Source of the DNA: Candidatus Roizmanbacteria bacterium RIFCSPLOWO2_01_FULL_39_19
Lineage (GTDB): Bacteria > Patescibacteriota > Microgenomatia > UBA1406 > HO2-37-13b
Length of the DNA: 64,000 nucleotides
Reading direction: 5' to 3'
Assembly: GCA_001789725.1 (NCBI GenBank)
Contig: MGAM01000015.1
Span: 12,470-76,469, forward strand
Below are positions 1 through 6,490 of the stretch, in pieces; the first letter of the stretch is position 1; every line of letters begins with the position of its first letter. The translations under genes and the position numbers were made by a program. The notes beneath the pieces are model-generated. The model did no database searches. It was not told where the DNA came from and saw nothing but the letters and a program-made list of their open reading frames with translations.

Positions 1-777
1 AAGAGAGGACTGGATGTTCTTTAAGTGGGCTTCGGCCTCTTCTTTAGTTCCTGAAGAAATTACAATTCTAATCACCGTCTCATATCCGGATTTAGTAACT
101 TTCTCATCAATCTTTTCGAGTGTTTTCTGATCAACCTTAAAAGTTGCTTTTTCGGGATTAGATTCGTCTTTTTTAGTTTTGGAAATATATCCCTTGCCAG
201 CCTTCTTCCATGAAGAGTCAGCCCCTCGGATTAACATTTGAAACATCGCTCCTTCCCCTTCTCCCATCTTTGACATGGCTGAAGTTATTGATGATATTGA
301 ATCGGTTGCCAACTCTTTATATGTTTTGATTGGTTGGTAGTTGGCGTGTTTTGTATGGAGTGAAGCGTAGGCCACTTTGCCTTGGGCTGAGAATATGTTT
401 GGCTCCTCAATTACCTGGATGTCAGCTGTTGGATAATAGGCATAAATCTGCTTTTCAACTAAATCTTGTAATTTCTTTGGGGTAGTTATAATAAATTTAA
501 TCTCGGCGTGTTTGGCAATAATCTCAAACCCCAAAGTATCATCAACATCAAGAAGTGCAAAACGCCCAGATTTTTTAAGCCAGGAAAATGATGAGAAAAG
601 TTGTTCTGCCCCATCAATTTTGATTTCATTATCCTTTGGCAGTCTCAGTTCAAGAGAAACTGAGTCGACTGCCTTCTTTTCTCTTTTCTTATATCGAACA
701 AAAAAGATAACAGCAGCAAATATCGATGCTGAAAATAAAAAGCTTGCTCCCACAAATAGGACCAAATATATAAGCAT
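1..777 (-). CDS. Membrane-anchored protein, 5' part only (runs off the left edge). Resembles the N-terminal region of CPR TraG/VirD4-like type IV coupling proteins.
   Basis: Absent from the ORF track because it has no stop in the window. My reverse-strand translation from the ATG at 775-777 reads MLIYLVLFVGASFLFSASIFAAVIFFVRYKKREKKAVDSVSLELRLPKDNEIKIDGAEQLFSSF...GFEIIAKHAEIKFIITTPKKLQDLVEKQIYAYYP... and stays open to position 1. The 512..856 + ORF is its antisense shadow. Confidence 0.6.
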   Translation of the reverse strand, partial: MLIYLVLFVGASFLFSASIFAAVIFFVRYKKREKKAVDSVSLELRLPKDNEIKIDGAEQLFSSFSWLKKSGRFALLDVDDTLGFEIIAKHAEIKFIITTPKKLQDLVEKQIYAYYPTADIQVIEEPNIFSAQGKVAYASLHTKHANYQPIKTYKELATDSISSITSAMSKMGEGEGAMFQMLIRGADSSWKKAGKGYISKTKKDESNPEKATFKVDQKTLEKIDEKVTKSGYETVIRIVISSGTKEEAEAHLKNIQSSL

Positions 778-903
778 TAAAACTCCTGAAGCTAACTCTT
801 GGAAGAATTCCATACTCCATTATTATAGAATACTTCTATCGTATTATCCTGATTAAACAAATATTTTATGAAACATAAAAGAAAATTATTACAAGATAGC
901 GAA

Positions 904-1007
904 ATCCACGGCCTGGTAAGCCGTGGATGGAGACGACATAATTGGCGCGAAGCGCAAACAAAGCGTAACAACAATATCACGGGTGAAACCCGTGGATTGT
1001 TATTTTT
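904..1007 (+). promoter_or_regulatory. Attenuator-like leader of three hairpins; the last is followed by a U-run that ends 2 nt before the ATG at 1009.
   Basis: Hairpin A is 904-912/920-928 (9 bp, AUCCACGGC/GCCGUGGAU). Hairpin B is GCGC-GAA-GCGC at 945-955. Hairpin C is 978-983/989-994 (CACGGG/CCCGUG) followed by AUUGUUAUUUUU. The 8-mer CCGTGGAT occurs at both 921-928 and 990-997, so the 5' arm of A could pair with either copy. Confidence 0.35.
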
Positions 1008-1008
1008 A

Positions 1009-1383
1009 ATGTTACTTTTTTTCTTTGTTGCCACTAACATATTTGCTTCCCAACAATATCCGAAAGATATGTTTGATATTTTGCTTTATAAGAATAGAGC
1101 TAAAAGTTTGTCTTTACTTATCAATTTACAGAATGACCCAACCTTTGTCGATCAACAATCTTTCTTAACCTGGTTTACCAATTTTGATTATCAGTTTATA
1201 TTCTCTGAAAAAAAACAGGCCGTATATTCTAAAGTTGCTCAAATTGAAGAAATTCTTAAACAAAATCCCAATCAACCCGAGATATTATATCTTTTATCAC
1301 GTGAATATCGCCGTTTAGGTAATTTTAAAAAGTCAAGAGAGTTGCTTACTCGCGCCCGTCAAATCGACCCAATGAGGTATTAA
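1009..1383 (+). CDS. Small membrane-anchored protein with a TPR-like C-terminus. The ORF track offers a longer version starting at 868.
   Basis: MLLFFFVATNIF is a hydrophobic N-terminus, and ...PEILYLLSREYRRLGNFKKSRELLTRARQIDP is TPR-like. The 868-1008 extension coincides with stacked RNA hairpins, so the start is uncertain. Confidence 0.45.
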   Translation: MLLFFFVATNIFASQQYPKDMFDILLYKNRAKSLSLLINLQNDPTFVDQQSFLTWFTNFDYQFIFSEKKQAVYSKVAQIEEILKQNPNQPEILYLLSREYRRLGNFKKSRELLTRARQIDPMRY

Positions 1384-1792
1384 CAGTCTCGTCATGAGCT
1401 TTATTAACCAATGAGTCGGCGTGGACGTTGTCTGATCGTTTCACCCAGTTATAATAAACGGGAATATTAACTATCCTCTCAAGTATTTTTGCTTGGTTAA
1501 AGAGTTCCTTAATGTGGGGCGTTTTAACTTTAAATCTCCCAGATAACTGTTCAACTAAAAGCCTTGAGTCACTTTTGAAATTAATAATATCAACGTCCCA
1601 CTCTCCCAGTTTGGGGGAGAGCATCTCAAATGCCCTTATGATTGCCGTGTATTCAGCCACATTATTTGTGGCAATTCCAATGGTTTCATGATGGGAAAAA
1701 ATCTGTTTATCTCCCAAGTGGGCAACAAAGCCAATTGATGCCGGCCCCGGGTTACCACGAGATCCGCCATCGGTAAAAACAGAAAGAGTCAT
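1346..1792 (-). CDS. rnhA: Ribonuclease HI
   Basis: TDGGSRGNPGPASIGFV...NNVAEYTAIIRAFE...HADSLVN matches the RNase H DEDD-type motif layout. Confidence 0.85.
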   Translation of the reverse strand: MTLSVFTDGGSRGNPGPASIGFVAHLGDKQIFSHHETIGIATNNVAEYTAIIRAFEMLSPKLGEWDVDIINFKSDSRLLVEQLSGRFKVKTPHIKELFNQAKILERIVNIPVYYNWVKRSDNVHADSLVNKAHDETVNTSLGRFDGRE

Positions 1793-1805
1793 ATTTCAAA
1801 TATTA

Positions 1806-2648
1806 CTAAAGTTCTCCAAGCTTTTCACGTGAGGTTCCTTGTTCTTTAATAAGCTCCAAATATTTCTCCGTTGACGAGAGTCTTTTGTGGCCAACGATTT
1901 TAGAAATATAAGAGATTGAGGCGCCATTCATGAGTTGATAGGCAATGAATGTATTTCGCAAGTCCTGAACTTTGGCGTTCTCTATTCCCACTTCGCGAAA
2001 ACAGCGAGCGATGATGCTTCTAATATTTCGAACCAACAGAGGTTTGCCTGATTTAGTCACAAAAAGATGAGGATCGTTAGAGTCATAACGAGCTTTTATA
2101 TAGTCTGAGATCGCCTTTGACACCGCCTGATTTAACGGGATATCTCGCCCTCCAACCCTTAATGAATCATTCACTACATCATCAAGTTTGATTCGGGCCA
2201 GCTCACCAATACGAAGTCCTGTTTGAAGTAAAATCTCAACTATTGCGTATGTTCTTGGGTCCTCTTTAGCAACGTCTCTTAAAGCTCTGTATTCAAGTTT
2301 TGAGAGAATTCGAGGCGGAGCTTGAGTATATTTAGGATGAGACACTTCAAGAGACGGATTTACCTGAAGCAGCGACTCTGTTTTTAAAAAACGAAAGAAT
2401 GTCCGGATTGAATTAAGTTTGCGTGAGGCTGATTTCTTGGTGTATCCGTCATGTAAAAGTTTGGCAATAAATGCCTCAATGTCTTCTTTTTTGACTTCCC
2501 TAATATCGTTTTTTTCAACCGAGGCAAGATGTCCTACGAATTGCTCCATGTCCTTTTTGTATGCTATAATAGTGTGTCTTGATTTGCCCGCACCCTCAAG
2601 TGATGTTATAAATGTGTTTATCAGGGAGCGAGTATTTGTTGGTTCCAT
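1806..2648 (-). CDS. Tyrosine recombinase, XerC/XerD-like
   Basis: N-terminal SAM-like core-binding region (RHTIIAYKKDMEQF). C-terminal catalytic region has LRIGELARIKLDDV, LRNTFIAY and HKRLSSTEKYLEL (R..H..R..Y pattern). Confidence 0.85.
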   Translation of the reverse strand: MEPTNTRSLINTFITSLEGAGKSRHTIIAYKKDMEQFVGHLASVEKNDIREVKKEDIEAFIAKLLHDGYTKKSASRKLNSIRTFFRFLKTESLLQVNPSLEVSHPKYTQAPPRILSKLEYRALRDVAKEDPRTYAIVEILLQTGLRIGELARIKLDDVVNDSLRVGGRDIPLNQAVSKAISDYIKARYDSNDPHLFVTKSGKPLLVRNIRSIIARCFREVGIENAKVQDLRNTFIAYQLMNGASISYISKIVGHKRLSSTEKYLELIKEQGTSREKLGEL

Positions 2649-2699
2649 TGTTGACCTATAATATCACAGATAAAGTCATTTTTCAAGCACAATTTATCT

Positions 2700-3038
2700 A
2701 TGATTCAAACTATCAAAAATATTGCCTTTTTCTTTGTTGCAGCAGCTTTGATTGCTTCTCTTACTAACAGTTTAAATGAGTATCGAAAAAAACAAAATTT
2801 TTATAACACCTATGAAAAACAGCTTCAAAACGAGCGTGTCACGAATAAAAAATTAAAAAGCAAGATAGCTCAAAGTCGTGATTATTTTATCATTGAGGAG
2901 ATAATCCGGGAAAAACTTAACAAAACAAAACCCAACGAATACATTATTATCATGCCCCCGCCAAAACAAGTCGCTCAAAGTATATCCCAACATACCAAAC
3001 CGACCTATAGACAATGGATGGATTTATTTTTTTATTAA
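2700..3038 (+). CDS. Septum formation initiator (FtsB/DivIC-like)
   Basis: One N-terminal TM, a coiled coil, then EEIIREKLNKTKPNEYIII, which is typical of the DivIC/FtsB family. Confidence 0.6.
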   Translation: MIQTIKNIAFFFVAAALIASLTNSLNEYRKKQNFYNTYEKQLQNERVTNKKLKSKIAQSRDYFIIEEIIREKLNKTKPNEYIIIMPPPKQVAQSISQHTKPTYRQWMDLFFY

Positions 3039-3718
3039 GCTATCATGGATTCATATAGTCCCTCAAATCCCCCTAAAGATTCTCTGAGAATAGATAGGCT
3101 TTTGGATACTCTAATCCTTAAAACTCCCCTATATGAAGATCTTTTGTCAAACACTTTCTTAAGAGGTGTTTTAATAACTGTAGGTTTTTGAAATTGACTT
3201 AAAGGAATTCCAGCCGTTTGGGACCAGTATTCTTCTATCTCCCTAATTCTGTCTTCATGTAGTTTGTTAATTACTAGCCTCAATCGTATGTCTGTATATG
3301 AAAACCCCATAACATTTACAAACCAATTGATAATCGTTTTTATCATCCTAGGATCTGTATTTGCAAACCCGATTTGATTATCTTTTTTAAATCCCTCTGC
3401 CCAATATAATGAAAGACCAACGAGGTACTTCTATCTTAAAGATAATGTCGAAATAGATTGTTTACCTTTTAAAAATAGCTTGGCGATAGTTTGATCTTTT
3501 TTATCTTTTACTGTCTTAAGATATATTGCTCTTTTTCCATAATATGGGTCTTTCATGCGACGTTGTAAATTATCAATTTGTTCTTGTGTAAGCTCTATAT
3601 CCCTGCACCATATACTAACAGAACCTGAAGAAACATGGAGTTTTAAGGCTATCTCTTTTATGCTGTTTCCATTCTTTCTAAGCTTTCGGGCCAGCATCAT
3701 TAGTTTTGTTTTTGCCAT
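3035..3718 (-). pseudogene. HTH plus LAGLIDADG-like (LYWAEG motif) protein interrupted by one in-frame TAG at 3431-3433.
   Basis: ORFs 3431..3718 and 3035..3346 are in the same frame (3718-3346=372). The 84 nt between them translate cleanly as KYLVGLSLYWAEGFKKDNQIGFANTDPR, directly continuing into MIKTIINWF. Confidence 0.6.
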
Positions 3719-3778
3719 ATAAGATTTTTAAAGTGGTATCTAGCGATTCAAGTACTATGATATCATCTTCATGATTTA

Positions 3779-3806
3779 TTGACAAGAGCTAAATCAAATG
3801 TATAAT
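3779..3806 (+). promoter_or_regulatory. Consensus sigma70-type promoter: TTGACA (3779-3784), 16-nt spacer, TATAAT (3801-3806).
   Basis: Both hexamers match consensus perfectly (12/12). The predicted start near 3813-3815 lies just upstream of the structured RNA. Confidence 0.7.
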
Positions 3807-3813
3807 AAGGTAT

Positions 3814-4090
3814 CTACTCTTCGCGGGGTAGTGTACGGTAGCACAGGAGGCTCGAGTGGGCCACTACATGAGTAATTATGTATGTGAATTCGGCTATAAC
3901 GGTGAAATCCTTAATGTATTTGGGCAACGCCGTGGGAAGTCGTCCGTCTTTCGATGAGATTGACCCCGTAGAGACTACACGCCGACCCCCGATATTGTAT
4001 TGGGGTGAAGACATAGTCCGACACTTCGAGTAATCGAAGATAACAGTGCATAATCTCCTAGACTGAGTCCAATTCTCAGCCCCGCAACAA
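3814..4090 (+). ncRNA. Highly structured RNA of unassigned class; either a stand-alone sRNA or a long riboswitch-like leader of the downstream GT2 gene.
   Basis: GC-richer than its flanks, and no credible ORF (3814..4014 and 3975..4295 minus ORFs look like junk). The closing helix is GCGGGG 3823-3828 / CCCCGC 4080-4085. A second helix is AGGAGG 3845-3850 / UCUCCU 4054-4059. A GUAA-tetraloop hairpin spans 4024-4039. Further hairpins lie at 3862-3886, 3940-3957, 3985-4006 and 4063-4079. Several G-U pairs (3850-4054, 3942-3955) would be C-A mismatches on the other strand, which supports the + strand. Confidence 0.6.
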
Positions 4091-4127
4091 GCTTTCTGTT
4101 AGAAAATCGTTGGTGTATAATACTCAT

Positions 4128-5060
4128 ATGAAAAAAGGGTTTCTTGTTTCTATTGTTGTGCCTGTATATAACGAAGAAGGAAATATTAATCTCCTTCTGT
4201 CTAAGCTCATACCTGTTATTAATAAATATAGCTACGAAATAATTTTTGTTAATGACGGATCGAACGACAAAACTATCGATGAAGTTAAAAAACAATCCGA
4301 AACAAACAATAATATTAAGCTTGTCTCATTTATTCGCAACTTTGGCCATCAATACGCGCTTTCTGCTGGTTATTTTAGGTCCAAAGGAGATTGTGTTATC
4401 ACTATTGACGCCGACCTTCAAGATCCGCCCGAGCTAATTGATGAAATGATTAAAAAATGGCAGCGAGGATACAAAATAGTTTACGCCAAACGAAGCGAGC
4501 GTCATGAGTCATTCTTTAAAAAACAAACCGCGTCAGTTTTTTATAAATTAATCAACGCCTTATCGGACACACCTGTGCCTGAAAATGTTGGGGATTTTAG
4601 ACTTCTTGATCGAGTGGTTGTTGATTTTTTGAATAATTTACCTGAGCAAAATTTATTTTACAGAGGGCTGGTTGCCTGGAGCGGATACCCCTCAACCAAT
4701 ATCGAATTTGTCCGCCAGCAACGTCAAATTGGCAATACTCATTATCCCCTCATAAAAATGCTAAATTTTGCTTTAAATGGAATCACTTCCCTATCAACAA
4801 AGCCTTTAAAATTTGCTACTTACTTAGGTTTCATATCGTCTTTTTTAGGAGGGGCGGGGGTGGTGTATGGTTTATATCGAAGACTGTTTCTTCCATCGGA
4901 GTATTGGGTTACGGGCTGGACAGCAATTTTTGTCTCCGTTATGTTTTTCGGAGGAGTTCAGCTTGTCACGATTGGGATAATTGGCGAATACATCGGCAAA
5001 ATATATAAAGAAATTCAGGGAAGACCATCTTATCTTGTTGATGAGAACAAGAGTATATGA
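4128..5060 (+). CDS. GT2 family glycosyltransferase (polyprenyl-phosphate glycosyltransferase, GtrB/ArnC/DPM1-like)
   Basis: VSIVVPVYNEEGNI...IIFVNDGSNDKT...DADLQDPPELI plus two C-terminal TM helices. The ATG at 4128 is preferred over the TTG at 4110. Confidence 0.85.
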   Translation: MKKGFLVSIVVPVYNEEGNINLLLSKLIPVINKYSYEIIFVNDGSNDKTIDEVKKQSETNNNIKLVSFIRNFGHQYALSAGYFRSKGDCVITIDADLQDPPELIDEMIKKWQRGYKIVYAKRSERHESFFKKQTASVFYKLINALSDTPVPENVGDFRLLDRVVVDFLNNLPEQNLFYRGLVAWSGYPSTNIEFVRQQRQIGNTHYPLIKMLNFALNGITSLSTKPLKFATYLGFISSFLGGAGVVYGLYRRLFLPSEYWVTGWTAIFVSVMFFGGVQLVTIGIIGEYIGKIYKEIQGRPSYLVDENKSI

Positions 5061-5206
5061 AAATAGTCGGAATGGGACTTATTATTATTGGGATTGCGCT
5101 GTGCATCGTTGTTGTTTACTCCTACATTAAGGAGCAGTCAAGGTTTATATCGCCTATCCCAGACACTGAAGGGGTGAGGGTCATTCTTATTTCTCCAAGC
5201 GAGTAG
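5057..5206 (+). CDS. Small (49 aa) single-TM protein, translationally coupled to the GT2 gene.
   Basis: ATGA start/stop overlap with the GT2 stop. My translation is MKIVGMGLIIIGIALCIVVVYSYIKEQSRFISPIPDTEGVRVILISPSE. It is below the ORF-track length cutoff. Confidence 0.45.
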   Translation: MKIVGMGLIIIGIALCIVVVYSYIKEQSRFISPIPDTEGVRVILISPSE

Positions 5207-5548
5207 CTATAATTCAGGAATTTCAAATCTGAAAATCCTTCCCTGTCCTCCTAAGAACAAAACATCGACGATGCTCAGAAGAAGATAGGCGCCGACAAAG
5301 AATAATAGGCCAATAAAAGCATAAGTAAGCGTGCCTCGGGCTACTTTTAACTTGTCAGCATTCCCTCCTGACCAAATGAATCTGATTCCGCCGACAATTA
5401 ACATGGCAAAAAGCACCAGTATGGCAACCGTTGAAGAGATAAAGATAATATTGCCAATAACAACCTCAAGACATTTTAATGTGGGAACTCCGTCAACAAC
5501 ACAGTCGCCCCAATCGTTTACTGCAGCTAGAACAACACCTGAGACCAT
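5207..5548 (-). CDS. Type IV secretion system pilin-like protein (TrbC/VirB2-like, CPR T4SS_pilin type)
   Basis: VPTLKCLEVVIGNIIFISSTVAILVLFAMLIVGGIRFIWSGGNADKLKVARGTLTYAFIGLLFF shows two TM helices flanking a GG..(D/E)K motif, as in CPR pilin-like proteins. Confidence 0.6.
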   Translation of the reverse strand: MVSGVVLAAVNDWGDCVVDGVPTLKCLEVVIGNIIFISSTVAILVLFAMLIVGGIRFIWSGGNADKLKVARGTLTYAFIGLLFFVGAYLLLSIVDVLFLGGQGRIFRFEIPEL

Positions 5549-5561
5549 TATAGGTTGAAGC

Positions 5562-5987
5562 TTATGTCTTTTTTAACAAGACGGGCAATTTCATATCACA
5601 TGAAACGCCAAAACAAAGCGCCTCTTTAAATACGACTTGTTCCAGAGTCCAAATAAGAGAGAGCGTGGCAACAATAACAATTACACCAATTAGCGCGTTC
5701 ATAATTTTGCTGCGAGCTTTCTCGACTTTTTCTTTCTCCCCTCCTGAAATAATCCAATCAAGAGACCCCCAAAGCAAATAAAGCAGTGCCGAAAGCCCCG
5801 CGAGTACAAAAAAGAAACGGATTAAAAATGTCAATAATATTGACAGGTTGGGAATTTCAAACCCCAATCCTTGAGGGCCCGGGTCAACCCTAACCGTGTC
5901 GCTTGCTGCTTTGACAAAAAAACCACCAATTAAAAACAAGTTAAATTTATCGGTCAAAGAGAAGATTCTTTTTTTAAGAAACTGCAT
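5562..5987 (-). CDS. Type IV secretion system pilin-like protein, second paralog
   Basis: Same architecture as the first: LLTFLIRFFFVLAGLSALLYLLWGSLDWIISGGEKEKVEKARSKIMNALIGVIVIVATL. Confidence 0.6.
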   Translation of the reverse strand: MQFLKKRIFSLTDKFNLFLIGGFFVKAASDTVRVDPGPQGLGFEIPNLSILLTFLIRFFFVLAGLSALLYLLWGSLDWIISGGEKEKVEKARSKIMNALIGVIVIVATLSLIWTLEQVVFKEALCFGVSCDMKLPVLLKKT

Positions 5988-6080
5988 ATCATGAGTATGA
6001 ACAACACGTATCCGTTTGTCAAGAGTTAAGATAATTTAATTATTGATAACTTATAGTATTTATGATAGAATCTTTTTAGT

Positions 6081-6446
6081 ATGGATAGTACTAATAGGGT
6101 GTTAGCTTTGTTCGTGGGACTCTTTGTCGTTATCTTAATTGTTGGGGTTGGATTATCTCGTCTTGCCAAAAATAAAAAACCATTCACCGGCAGTCTGGGA
6201 AAGATTTTTACATCATCAAAGATAACTCCCACCCCAACCCGCAAGCCTGATAGAATAACAATTGTCACCAGCCCAACCGATTCTGTCTCTTATGACAAAC
6301 GACCAAAAAAGGACACCTCCGGTAATGAGACTTATAGCACAACGTCAACCCCGTCGTCTATTCCTGATACAGGAGCAGAGACTCTCCCTTTAATTGGCTT
6401 TGTTCTGGGAACTGGCATTTACCTAATAAAGCGATCCAGAGCTTAA
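6081..6446 (+). CDS. Small Thr/Ser/Pro-rich surface protein with an LPXTG-like sorting signal (IPDTG).
   Basis: N-terminal TM/signal anchor, a low-complexity T/S/P region, then IPDTGAETLPLIGFVLGTGIYLIKRSRA (motif, hydrophobic stretch, basic tail). Confidence 0.6.
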   Translation: MDSTNRVLALFVGLFVVILIVGVGLSRLAKNKKPFTGSLGKIFTSSKITPTPTRKPDRITIVTSPTDSVSYDKRPKKDTSGNETYSTTSTPSSIPDTGAETLPLIGFVLGTGIYLIKRSRA

Positions 6447-6490
6447 AAAGAATTTTTACTTCCCTCGTTCTCTCTTGATATAATTAACAA

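Noticed and set aside
512-1040. ORFs 512..856 (+) and 792..1040 (-).
   Set aside because: 512..856 is antisense to the clearly protein-like TraG-like ORF that runs off the left edge. 792..1040 lies in the hairpin-rich leader and has a junk-like, low-complexity translation.
3431-3433. Considered the in-frame TAG as evidence for an alternative genetic code.
   Set aside because: TAG, TAA and TGA all terminate well-supported genes in the window (for example TAG at 22464-22466 and 10507-10509, and TGA at the end of dnaA). A local pseudogene or sequencing error is more parsimonious.
3814-4090. Considered calling this structured RNA the RNase P RNA (rnpB).
   Set aside because: It lacks the universal P4 strands (GGAAAGUCC ... 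ACAGAA-N-GGCUUA). The helix order does not match P1-P2-P3-P4, and the window encodes a HARP-type protein-only RNase P candidate. It is left as an unassigned ncRNA.
3814-4090. Considered calling it a canonical cobalamin or ydaO (c-di-AMP) riboswitch.
   Set aside because: Only short motif resemblances are present (GGUGAAAUCC, GGGAAGUC, UUGGGGUGAAG, UCCGACA). Order and spacing do not fit either consensus as I remember them, and I cannot run a covariance model, so no class is claimed.
3814-4295. Minus-strand ORFs 3814..4014 and 3975..4295.
   Set aside because: They lie over the structured RNA and antisense to the 5' end of the GT2 gene. Their translations have no protein-like features.
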